From the NCBI GenBank assembly GCA_963771465.1, contig CAVYTU010000015.1, forward strand, positions 1,088,001 to 1,152,000: a DNA stretch of 64,000 nt. The letters are read 5' to 3'. The position numbers and the translations under genes were made by a program. The first letter of the stretch is position 1. Every line of letters starts with the position of its first letter. The stretch is from an uncultured delta proteobacterium (GTDB taxonomy: Bacteria; Desulfobacterota; Binatia; UBA9968). Positions 28,301-35,978 of this stretch are shown piece after piece. The notes beneath the pieces were generated by a model, which ran no database searches, was not told the origin of the DNA, and saw only the letters and a program-made list of their open reading frames with translations.

Positions 28301-30561
28301 CTCAGATCGAAAGCTTGCTGGGCTTGGCTAGCGCAAAAACGAGAAATTGAGCCTGCCCAATTGGTGTCAGCTATAGATGATGACATATCTACGATCGGGA
28401 CATCGATCGTTAGAGCGGCCAAAATTTCTTGATGCGGCTTTCCGTCCGTGGACCGAAAAACCGTGCGCAACGATTCATGACGTTTGATGATTTCATTAAA
28501 CGCGCATTCCAATGCCGCTGTGTCTATGCGGCCATTGACCGCAAATGCAGCGACCAGATTATGCCTGCATGCTTCCGGCTCGAGCTGCTCGAGAAACCAC
28601 AAGCGTTCCTGCCCGAAGGAGAGTGGGAGAGGAAGCGCTCGATTACTCGATGCCAGCAACGGCGCTCGTCTAATAGCATGGGCCAGCGAATATCGTGGAA
28701 CAAAGTCTGCCAAAGCGTTTATAGTCGGCGCATTGAAAAACTCGCTCAACGGGATCTCGCTCTCTAGAACTTCATTGATCCGCACGACAACGCGCATGGC
28801 GGACAACGAATCACCGCCGAGGTCGAAGAAGTTATCATGAGCACCGATACCCCCGACTCCCAATACCTTGCCCCAAATTTCAGCCAGCCGCTGCTGCAAC
28901 GACGATTCGGGCGCGACGAATCGCGTGCCGAGCCCCGGCCGCGTGCGATCCGGCGCAGGAAGCGCTCTACGGTCGACTTTGCCGTTAGCGGTAAGTGGCA
29001 ACGACTCCAGTTGTATGAAAACCGCTGGAATCATATATTCAGGAAGCCTGCTCTTCAGAAAGTTCCGCCACTCATTGCTACTGGGCGCGATATTTTCAGT
29101 GGCAACGAAGTACGCGATCAGCCGGTTCTCATCAGAGGGTTCGTGTTTTCGCGCAACCACAACCACATCGAGGATCCCTGGGAATGGCCGTAACGCGGAT
29201 TCAACTTCCGCGACTTCGACCCCATAACCGCGAATCTTGGCACGATAATCTTTGCGGCCTTTATGAATCAGGCATCCATCGGAAAGCAGGAGACCGAGAT
29301 CCCGGGTGCGGTAGAGTCGCTTCGTTCCACCCAAAGGATCGGGCTCGAAGCGCTCGTCCGTGAGATCTGCGCGGTTCCAATAACCCGGCGACAGGTAGGA
29401 GCTGCGCACGACGATTTCCCCAACTTGATTGACGCCGACACTCTTGCCCGTGTCGTCCAGCAACAGGATGTCTTTACCAGGAACCGGGTAACCGATCGGA
29501 ATCTCGTCGCTATCGATCATACTGTCATGATCCATGAGATAGCTGCTGAGCAAGCAGGTTTCAGCAGGACTGACACCGTTGCCTAATAGACAGCTTGCTG
29601 GAAAAAATTGCCGATACAGTTCGAAATCCGTTTTGCATGCAGCCTCACTCGATATGCGCAATAAGCGCAGGTCGGAAAACCGCTCGCGGCCCATCAGGCT
29701 CGCCGCAAGACTTCGAAACAGCGGCGCGCTCAACGAACAGACCGAGACTTTCTTTTGAATTAACCAGGTGATCAGAGCCTCGATCCCATGGCGCTTCACA
29801 TCAAAGGGCAAGACTACCGCGCCAACTAGAAGCGCAAGGAATGGATGGAGCACGGCCGCCGCAGTTCCGGACGTAAGGTAACTCAACCGATCTCGGTCGC
29901 CGTGATGAAATTCATTGGTGAAAAGCATGACCTGGTGCAGCATATTACGATGCGTCCAGATCACTCCTTTGGGCTCTCCGGTAGAGCCGGAAGTATAAGA
30001 AATAGAAGCCAGCGATTCGGGAGATACGAGCAACCTGGGATTGTCCGCTGCGTAAAACCGATCCGTCGTTGCAAGATCCAGCAGTCGGCAAAGTCCGTCA
30101 GCAAGCTCTCGTCCCAACAAACCAGTCTGCTGCTCAACTAGTACGCACCGGGCACGTGCATCGGCGATGATGTTGCGGGAACGAGTCTTGGGGATAGCCG
30201 GATCGAGCAATACGAAGAATTTCTCCGCCTTCATAGCCGCCAGCATTGCAACGATCAAAGCTGGCTTGCTTTCGAACAGTAGCGCTACCGGTTCCGAACC
30301 GCGGCCGAAGCGTTCGATAATCGAGCGCGCCGCGCGATTGGCGCGCGCGTTCAACTCCCAATAGGTCAATGATTGCGAGTTGGTAACAATGGCCCAGTTG
30401 TCTGGATATTGGCTAACGACTTTCTCAAACCGCGCTGGGATCGATGTCTCAACATCTTCGATGGGAAACTCGACAAACGTTCCCGACGGATGAAAACACT
30501 TATCCCGGATCGCCTGTTGTTCCGGCGGAAGTTTGAAACCGTGATTGAGAGAGTCGTTCAT
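25357..30561 (-). CDS. NRPS A*-T-C-A-T (non-canonical loading module plus predicted Ala module); first gene of the operon
   Basis: First A lacks FDxS; T GGDSL; C HHLIFDGWS; second A has FDLSIFE with pocket DLFNNALTYK, the established Ala signature; T GGHSL. Confidence 0.94.
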   Translation of the reverse strand: MNDSLNHGFKLPPEQQAIRDKCFHPSGTFVEFPIEDVETSIPARFEKVVSQYPDNWAIVTNSQSLTYWELNARANRAARSIIERFGRGSEPVALLFESKPALIVAMLAAMKAEKFFVLLDPAIPKTRSRNIIADARARCVLVEQQTGLLGRELADGLCRLLDLATTDRFYAADNPRLLVSPESLASISYTSGSTGEPKGVIWTHRNMLHQVMLFTNEFHHGDRDRLSYLTSGTAAAVLHPFLALLVGAVVLPFDVKRHGIEALITWLIQKKVSVCSLSAPLFRSLAASLMGRERFSDLRLLRISSEAACKTDFELYRQFFPASCLLGNGVSPAETCLLSSYLMDHDSMIDSDEIPIGYPVPGKDILLLDDTGKSVGVNQVGEIVVRSSYLSPGYWNRADLTDERFEPDPLGGTKRLYRTRDLGLLLSDGCLIHKGRKDYRAKIRGYGVEVAEVESALRPFPGILDVVVVARKHEPSDENRLIAYFVATENIAPSSNEWRNFLKSRLPEYMIPAVFIQLESLPLTANGKVDRRALPAPDRTRPGLGTRFVAPESSLQQRLAEIWGKVLGVGGIGAHDNFFDLGGDSLSAMRVVVRINEVLESEIPLSEFFNAPTINALADFVPRYSLAHAIRRAPLLASSNRALPLPLSFGQERLWFLEQLEPEACRHNLVAAFAVNGRIDTAALECAFNEIIKRHESLRTVFRSTDGKPHQEILAALTIDVPIVDMSSSIADTNWAGSISRFCASQAQQAFDLSQGPLLRVKLVRFSSERSVLILVVHHLIFDGWSMDILGRELAIAYELLVNKQPLQFESVPIQYADFAVWQRHSLQTETLNFQLAYWRGRLAGIADLRLPMDRPRLRVRDGKGARQWFTLAPTVTQSLKEISRDADVTLFMALLAAYQTLLSRYSGQDDFCIGVPMAVRQDGALDHTIGFFLNLLTLRSDLSGNPKFADLLARVRQRCLEAYAHQDLPFERLVQELQISRDINQNPLFQVSFTLRNSSACPLALIGLEVQELELDSGTTRFDIELFLEERENGLHGFIAYSTDMFDASTIERMAGHFQTLLKSIVENPQCPIADLSILTDPERDQLLVEWNDTKRADSKDKCIHEVFEEQVVRAPDALAVIFENQRITYRELNRRANQLAHYLRKRNVGPEVLVGICIDRSIEMIVAVLGVLKAGGAYVPLDLSYPAERLEFMLADAQAALLLTRGKSFEDREVSLDDTARRSILVPHLRRVCLDSAWQLIAKESDANPGSSITPDNLAYVIYTSGSTGQPKGVAIGHRNTVAFLSWVRSAFTQEELSGVLASTSICFDLSIFEIFAPLTCGGTIIMAENALALTTIRNKSKVSLLNTVPSAINELLRLEAIPSTVRVINLAGELLRPELVRRIYESTSVRKVHDLYGPSECTTYSTWTCRTVDGPQTIGRPIAHTQIFILDAHRNPVPIGVVGEIYVGGDGVARGYLNRPEVTAEKFIYHSFNGEPARRLYKTGDLARYLPDGNIEFIGRVDNQVKVRGYRIELGEIEAVLGQHPMVQSSVVVVREDAPGDKRLVGYVVARAKESFDASEVRQYLKHKLPEYMIPAALVPLDEFPLTPSGKVDRRALPAPDQNGLQLANVYQPARTPIEETLVAIWGKVLNLDKVGIYDNFFDLGGHSLLATQIMSRIRSAFSIDDLPLRHMFESPTVAEMAVIITQTQWKQVSEAELAHLLGEAELMTEAEVHTRLAGERARPAGEDRHE

Positions 30562-30683
30562 CTTTGATTTCGAATCTGGTTCGCGAGTTCTCCGGCCAAA
30601 GTATCGTCAATCGCACCGCTGGACCTGTCAGATCCAAACCCATGAAAAAACGATCGTACTTCAGCGGAAAGCAATAGTTCAAC

Positions 30684-30699
30684 AGCAATGGCTATGCCG
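30684..30699 (-). promoter_or_regulatory. Putative sigma-54 (-24/-12) promoter of the NRPS operon
   Basis: Minus strand CGGCATAGCCATTGCT fits GG-N10-GC (consensus TGGCACG-N4-TTGCW), about 125 bp upstream of ATG 30561. Confidence 0.5.
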
Positions 30700-31256
30700 G
30701 AGAAGACTATTTTTTCCTCGAATGAAACGGTGCGAGTTCCTGCATAACTAAGCGGACAAGTTTACGGCTAACCTGCGGCAACTGCCTCTTATAAGTACCC
30801 GCAAACTCTTGGGAATGCTCTCGGTGGAAGATCTCGGCGGGCAGTGTTGTTCGAGGATTCCGAACTGACCAAGCCTGTTTGCGAAGCGAACCCTTTGGGC
30901 CTTTATTACCGGCAGATGTTGCAAATCGGGCCGCTTCGCCTTGCGGAGGCGGTTGTCGTTAGCTGTTAAAAATGTTTGGTGATGGCGGCGCGATCGGGTC
31001 ACTGAGCGCTTCGGTTCGCCCTTCTCGGAGTGAATCGCGAAGGGCGCCGGGCCAATCAACCTTGGCGATTTCCTTTCGCCAATGCTTTCAACTTGTAATC
31101 GGGATCTTCGTCGAGCAGCAACCGTCAGTCGATGGAAAAGACTATGACTCTTCGCGCATTGTCGGATCATCATTGATCAACGCATCGAGCAATACATTGA
31201 CTCGCTTCATGCGCGTTTCGGTGTCGGATTTGCAGTCGCACAGAGCGCGCGACGGA

Positions 31257-31284
31257 TTGACTCCAAAACATCGCTATATATGAT
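31257..31284 (+). promoter_or_regulatory. Putative sigma-70 promoter for the amidohydrolase
   Basis: TTGACT-N16-TATGAT upstream of the GGAGG RBS and ATG 31309. Confidence 0.5.
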
Positions 31285-31308
31285 GACGGCCATCGGGAGG
31301 ACCGGACG

Positions 31309-32427
31309 ATGGCGAAGAATGGCTATAAGATTCTCGACAGCGACATGCACATCATGGAGCCGCCGGATCTGTGGGAACGCTACATCGATAAGCAATTCCA
31401 AGCACGCGCGCCGCGCGGTATCGTCAGCGCGAATGTCCGCGATCTGCGCATGGCTTACCCTGACGGACGTGAATGGGGCAATCAAACCAGCGAAGGCAAT
31501 CGCGTCGACCGCGGCCGCAACTTTCAAAAAAACCAAGGCATCTATCGCACTCACGCCGAGCGTGGTTGGTCGTCGGAGTGCCAGCTCGAAGCGATGGATA
31601 TCGAAGGCATCGACATCGGTGTGCTCTATCCGACCCGCGGCCTACGCGCGCTGGTCGAGCCAGGCGTCGAGCCCGAGTTTGCCGCCGCCATCGCGCGCGC
31701 TTACAACGACTGGATGTACGATTTTTGTCGGATTGATCCACGCCGCCTGATCGGCGCCGGAATGTTGTCGGTTTACGATATTGCAGACGCAGTCACTGAA
31801 GTGCGCCGCGCCAAGGAGTTGGGCTTTCGCGCGGTGTTCTTGAGATCGAACCCGCTGGTCGATCACAAGTGGCACGATCCCTATTACGAACCGCTCTGGA
31901 ACGCCATTGAAGAAAGCAATCTTTCCCTCGGCTTTCATGAATCCACCGGCACGGGGAGAAATCACATCGGTGAGCGCATGGAGCCGAATATCATGCTGCG
32001 ACGCGTCTTCGGCCAGCCGTTTGAACAGATGTTGGCTTTGGGCAGTTTCTGCGGCGGCGGTGTGTTGGCGCGCCACCCGAAGCTTCGCGTCGCGTTCTTA
32101 GAAGCCAACTGTAGTTGGCTGCCTTGGCTTTTATGGCGTTTAGATGAAGGTTGGGAGCGCGAAGGCGATGTCTGGGCTAAAGATCTGACAATGAAACCGA
32201 GCGATTATTTCAAACGTCAGTGCGTCGTGTCTGTGGAACCGGATGAAGCGACGATCAAACAGGTCATTGAATACATGGGCGGCAACAATGTGGTCTTTTC
32301 AACCGACTATCCGCACGGCGATTCGAAATATCCCGAAGCGGTCAATAGCTTTTTCAACTTGCCGATTACGGACGAGAACAAGCGCAAAATTCTTTGGGAC
32401 AACTGCGCGAACTATTACGCCATGTAA
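31309..32427 (+). CDS. Amidohydrolase_2 family metallo-hydrolase/decarboxylase
   Basis: DSDMHIMEP, AYNDW, GFHE, FLEANCSW, FSTDYPHGD motifs. Confidence 0.88.
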   Translation: MAKNGYKILDSDMHIMEPPDLWERYIDKQFQARAPRGIVSANVRDLRMAYPDGREWGNQTSEGNRVDRGRNFQKNQGIYRTHAERGWSSECQLEAMDIEGIDIGVLYPTRGLRALVEPGVEPEFAAAIARAYNDWMYDFCRIDPRRLIGAGMLSVYDIADAVTEVRRAKELGFRAVFLRSNPLVDHKWHDPYYEPLWNAIEESNLSLGFHESTGTGRNHIGERMEPNIMLRRVFGQPFEQMLALGSFCGGGVLARHPKLRVAFLEANCSWLPWLLWRLDEGWEREGDVWAKDLTMKPSDYFKRQCVVSVEPDEATIKQVIEYMGGNNVVFSTDYPHGDSKYPEAVNSFFNLPITDENKRKILWDNCANYYAM

Positions 32428-32446
32428 ATCGCTGCCACGAAATAAG

Positions 32447-32489
32447 CGCGCCACTCCGGCTTGGGGATATGGCCGGAGTGGCGTGTTTT
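32447..32489. terminator. Intrinsic terminator hairpin between convergent genes
   Basis: cgcgccactccggc-N11-gccggagtggcgtg followed by tttt. Confidence 0.7.
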
Positions 32490-32494
32490 ACGAG

Positions 32495-32605
32495 TTATCG
32501 AGAATAGTAGCCGTCTCCGTAGTTATTGCGGTGGTGCCGCCAGTGGCAGCCAGATGCCGAGACAACTGCCAATGCCAGGAGAGCCAGCAGTGCAATGGTT
32601 TTCAT
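32495..32605 (-). CDS. Small 36-aa predicted lipoprotein (not in ORF track)
   Basis: MKTIALLALLALAVVSASGC-HWRHHRNNYGDGYYSR; lipobox-like ASG-C; strong AAGGAGG RBS; upstream ECF-type promoter. Confidence 0.75.
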   Translation of the reverse strand: MKTIALLALLALAVVSASGCHWRHHRNNYGDGYYSR

Positions 32606-32685
32606 AATCCCTCCTTTCTACACAGTAATGGCTGCCGCTAAGATCGGCAGCCATCGAGTTTTAACCCGTTGATCGTTCTGTAACT

Positions 32686-32715
32686 TTAGACGCTTGCCAA
32701 GGTAGTTTGTGTCAC
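32686..32715 (-). promoter_or_regulatory. Putative ECF sigma promoter
   Basis: GTGACAC-N16-CGTCTAA; same -10 element as found upstream of the ECF sigma gene. Confidence 0.55.
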
Positions 32716-32957
32716 TTGGGATCAACAATATTTCCTCGCTCAGCGGCAGAAATTTATGTAGTGAACGGTGTGGAGAGAACCAAGTTTGGTCCACTTTCAC
32801 GTGCAAAAGTAAACGCAATGGGAGTAACGATTATTGGATTTCGGCACGCAGAACTGGGAGCGTCGGAATTCTTATCGATTTATTGATCTCGACACAGAAA
32901 CAGTGAGATTTGCACCAAGCGACACCCTACGATTTAGCAATCCATATGGTAGCTCGT

Positions 32958-33230
32958 TTAGTCGTCGCGCCGGTTATTGCGTCGCTGATCGTCGTAGCGC
33001 TGCTTGAGACGGTCGCGCCGATCCTGAGGCAAACGTTGATAGCGGTTCCACTCTTCGCGTAGATGTTCTTTGTCCTGCGGCGGGAGTTTTTCCCAGCGCT
33101 GATAATTGCGGATAACCTTGTCTTTCTCTCTTGGGCTAAGGTTACGCCAGTTATCGTTTGCGGCCATAGCCGGTGGCGTCAACCACAACAGACATCCACA
33201 GATCAGTACTGCGATTACGTTTGTCTTCAT
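32958..33230 (-). CDS. Small exported helical protein, DUF3106-like
   Basis: Signal peptide, repeated W-x-x-L-[SP]-P units, located directly after the anti-sigma gene. Confidence 0.75.
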   Translation of the reverse strand: MKTNVIAVLICGCLLWLTPPAMAANDNWRNLSPREKDKVIRNYQRWEKLPPQDKEHLREEWNRYQRLPQDRRDRLKQRYDDQRRNNRRDD

Positions 33231-33247
33231 ATCAATTCATTACGTCA

Positions 33248-33802
33248 TTACGCGCTCGCCGGCGCGTTTTGCCGGTTCATAAGTTTACTCGTCTTGGCTT
33301 CAGGTTTGTTGCTATCCTGGTCATCGAGCTTGTCGAGCGATTCAAGCATATCGAGGGATTGAAAAAACTCCAACTGATTCGAGTCTGCTAGGACGTCCTG
33401 GGGAATATTGACAGGATTCGAATCGGTAGAGATGTTGACTTTGCCCAACAGCAGTGTAACCGCCAGAACCCCCACAGCAGCCGTACCAAACGCCGGCACC
33501 ATCCATGTTTTCATCGGCGCGAGCCAGGTGCGCCACCAATGTTTCCGCTCGTCCTGCTCGGCAAGCTTAGCGACGGTTTCGCGGTAGTAATTATCCCAAA
33601 AAGTCTGCGGCAGCTTTTGCTGCTCAGCCATGGGCGGCAGCACGCGATAGAGATCGTCGACGAAGCTCTGACAGCCATGGCAAATCGACAGATGCTGCTC
33701 AACACGCCGGCGCTCGACACTGTTATTTTCCCCATAGTAGTGGAGCACGAGATCTTCTTCGAAGGTCTTACAAGCATTGTCCAACGGTAACCCATTTTTC
33801 AT
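33248..33802 (-). CDS. Zinc-binding (zf-HC2) transmembrane anti-sigma factor
   Basis: HLSICHGC (HxxxCxxC), one TM helix, directly downstream of the ECF sigma gene. Confidence 0.85.
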   Translation of the reverse strand: MKNGLPLDNACKTFEEDLVLHYYGENNSVERRRVEQHLSICHGCQSFVDDLYRVLPPMAEQQKLPQTFWDNYYRETVAKLAEQDERKHWWRTWLAPMKTWMVPAFGTAAVGVLAVTLLLGKVNISTDSNPVNIPQDVLADSNQLEFFQSLDMLESLDKLDDQDSNKPEAKTSKLMNRQNAPASA

Positions 33803-33812
33803 AATCGATCTC

Positions 33813-34388
33813 CTACACGAACTCCACCAGACTCTGACGCAGCGCGGCGACCGCCCGGTGCAAATAGACGCGCACGGTTCCTTCGGTAGTCTTCATGACC
33901 TTGGCGATATCTGCAATCGATAAGCCCTGATCGTTTCTTAGCATAAACGCCGTGCGTTGTTTATTCGGCATAGCTTCCAACGCTTCGCCAGCACGCCGGG
34001 ACGCCTCGCCGGCGATCGCTTCCTGATCCGGCTGCGATCGGGTATCGGCAAATTGCCGTTCGGCACCGGGAACTTCGCTCAGGCTGTCTAATGATTCCCA
34101 AGCCACTTTGCTGTGATGGCGTGCGTGGTCGAGACAAAGATTAACCAAGATGCGATAAAACCAAGTATAAAAACTCGACCGGCCATCAAACTGTTTAATC
34201 CGTGCGAAAGCCCGCAAAAAAGCGTCCTGAGATAAATCTTTGGCGCTCTCGGTTTCCCGTGTAAACCCGAAGGCGATATGAAACGCCTTTTGCATATATC
34301 GCTGCACCAACGGCTCAAAGTACTGACTCTGGCCGTGCTGGCAGAAACTTACCAACTCTTCGTCGCGGAGACCTTCGCTCTCAACCAT
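33813..34388 (-). CDS. ECF RNA polymerase sigma-70 factor
   Basis: DLSQDAFLRAF, SSFYTWFYRILVNLCLD (region 2); SIADIAKVMKTTEGTVRVYLHRA (region 4). Confidence 0.92.
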   Translation of the reverse strand: MVESEGLRDEELVSFCQHGQSQYFEPLVQRYMQKAFHIAFGFTRETESAKDLSQDAFLRAFARIKQFDGRSSFYTWFYRILVNLCLDHARHHSKVAWESLDSLSEVPGAERQFADTRSQPDQEAIAGEASRRAGEALEAMPNKQRTAFMLRNDQGLSIADIAKVMKTTEGTVRVYLHRAVAALRQSLVEFV

Positions 34389-34396
34389 AATGCTTG

Positions 34397-34460
34397 TTAG
34401 ACGCCAACAGCTGCGATCCGCTTTAATTGATTAGACGCCCGAAACGGGCAAAGGTTAACC
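34397..34460 (-). promoter_or_regulatory. Putative autoregulatory ECF promoter(s)
   Basis: GGTTAAC-N16-CGTCTAA (34460-34431) plus a second CGTCTAA at 34403-34397. Confidence 0.6.
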
Positions 34461-34568
34461 GCTCGGACCGGTTTTGCCGGTTCCGGCTAAGGGGTTTGAA
34501 TCTTAGGAGAATCCTGCTGCGAGAGACGATCGGCGTGGGGCCAATCGACGACGGAAATTGGCGGCTGG

Positions 34569-35000
34569 CTAACGGCCGGTCACCAAGCCAATTACGTCTT
34601 CGATGATATCGAGAATCCGATTGGTGCGCCGGTCGATGAGAACAATATCGCGCTCCAAAATGACCCGTTCGTAATATTCCGGCAAACGCGGGAGCCGACG
34701 ATCCAAGTCGACTGGCAACGGCTCCAAGCGCTTTTGTAAACCGGGTGGCAGCTTGCCGTCGCGATCGAGCTTTTTCTGCAAACCCGGCGGCAGATTGCCG
34801 CCGCGTTTCGCTAAGCCCGGCGGCAAACCTTTCTGCTTCGCTTTCTTTCCCTGGTGATAGAAATCTTCGATGATGCGACGTTCATCCGAGGAAAAGCGCT
34901 CCGGCCGCTTATTGTCCAGCGCCGCCGCAGACCCGCCATTCAAAGCCGATAGAGCGGTGCAGATCGATATTCCAAGAAAAATCCGTCGCTGTTTATTCAC
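34569..35000 (-). CDS. Exported PPGLAK-repeat (RcnB-like) protein
   Basis: Signal-like N-terminus; LPPGLAK and two LPPGLQK repeats; AGGAG RBS before GTG 35000. Confidence 0.75.
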   Translation of the reverse strand: MNKQRRIFLGISICTALSALNGGSAAALDNKRPERFSSDERRIIEDFYHQGKKAKQKGLPPGLAKRGGNLPPGLQKKLDRDGKLPPGLQKRLEPLPVDLDRRLPRLPEYYERVILERDIVLIDRRTNRILDIIEDVIGLVTGR

Positions 35001-35031
35001 TGAAATTCTCCTATCGTAAACCAACCATAGC

Positions 35032-35952
35032 TTATTTGCTGTGACCTTTGCCGTTGGTCAAGCCGTTGCTGCCGGCACCCCTGGCCGAAACAATCCCGCT
35101 GGTCGAAGCCGCGGCACCGCCGCCGCCGCTGACAATCCCGCTTTGTTGCATGCCATGGCTGTTGCCATGATCCTTGCCGGAAGCGCTGACGATTCCGTCG
35201 CCCGAGCCTTTTCCACTAGAGATTCCATGATCCGCGTTACCGTGCGATTTGCCGCTGCCGGATATAATGGCCGAACCGGATGATTTACCCGCCGAACCGC
35301 TTGTCGTTGTAACTTTGTTACCTTTAGACGACAGAGCTGCGGTCGTTATGCTCTGATTGGCGCTTTTCATGCCGCTCATGACCGGACCGAGCTTGTAGCC
35401 GAGTTTCTGCGCGATTTGGCCCCAGCCCATGTTTTGGCTGCGGAGCGTGAGTATTCCATCTAACTGGGTCGACGTCGTCACTGCGGTTGCTCCGGTGCCG
35501 GTCGTCTGTGTGATCGTGCCGCCGGTCAACGCCGCCTGTAGTTGTTGCGGCGTCGGTTGGGTAATGCCTAGACTGCTCAATTGCTGCTTGGCCAGCGCCA
35601 GCGAGATGTAGACGTTGCCGTGGCCCATATGGCCGGTCGGCGGTGTGATCACCGTTGCCGTCGTCGTAGTTGTCGGCAAGCCGCCCGGCGTAGTGCTCGG
35701 TACGGTGGTTGTGCGTGTCAATGTAATCGGAGTTCCGTTTCTGAGACCGGTGACGACCGTGGTGCTATCGGAGCCAAGAAAAGTATTGAAGTCGCCGGCG
35801 ATCTTGCCGGTGACCTTAGTTTCGCCATTGCTGGTCGCCAGGTTATTCATCGTCGTCGCCTGAGTGTTCAAGTCGCTGGTCAAATCCGCCCGCCCCAAGG
35901 CTGCCGTTCCCAAAACCATACCGACAGTCAATACCATTGCATGAGTCTTCAT
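35032..35952 (-). CDS. Exported Thr/Gly/Ser-rich hypothetical protein
   Basis: GAGGAGG RBS before ATG 35952; signal peptide; GWGQIAQKLG motif; low-complexity tail. Confidence 0.75.
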   Translation of the reverse strand: MKTHAMVLTVGMVLGTAALGRADLTSDLNTQATTMNNLATSNGETKVTGKIAGDFNTFLGSDSTTVVTGLRNGTPITLTRTTTVPSTTPGGLPTTTTTATVITPPTGHMGHGNVYISLALAKQQLSSLGITQPTPQQLQAALTGGTITQTTGTGATAVTTSTQLDGILTLRSQNMGWGQIAQKLGYKLGPVMSGMKSANQSITTAALSSKGNKVTTTSGSAGKSSGSAIISGSGKSHGNADHGISSGKGSGDGIVSASGKDHGNSHGMQQSGIVSGGGGAAASTSGIVSARGAGSNGLTNGKGHSK

Positions 35953-35978
35953 ATCGTTACCTCCTCGCAATCGAATTT

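Larger units (their letters stand above)
9911..30530. repeat. Dispersed ~110-bp repeat encoding the conserved N-terminal extension of the A* proteins; copies near 9911-10025, 13891-14000, 19241-19350, 21241-21345, 23235-23335, 30421-30530 and degenerate copies near 11895-12000, 25225-25335
   Basis: Recurrent plus-strand text such as ggaaactcgacgaacgttcccgacggatgaaaacacttatcccgaatcgcctgctg. Confidence 0.88.

Noticed and set aside
9911-30530. Dispersed ~110-bp repeats considered as a CRISPR array, attC sites or DGR repeats
   Set aside because: They are in-frame coding segments spaced by whole genes; no cas, integrase or reverse transcriptase gene is present in the window.
1-30561. Naming the product or claiming absence of TE, MbtH or PPTase
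   Set aside because: The cluster is truncated at the left edge and the A* substrates cannot be predicted from known codes.
30900-31100. Riboswitch or ops/antitermination element in the NRPS leader
   Set aside because: Hairpins exist, but I recognised no consensus; the ops-like GGCGGT is on the wrong strand.
30748-31283. ORFs of 141 and 103 aa in the NRPS upstream region
   Set aside because: No recognisable motifs or RBS; better explained as divergent promoter DNA.
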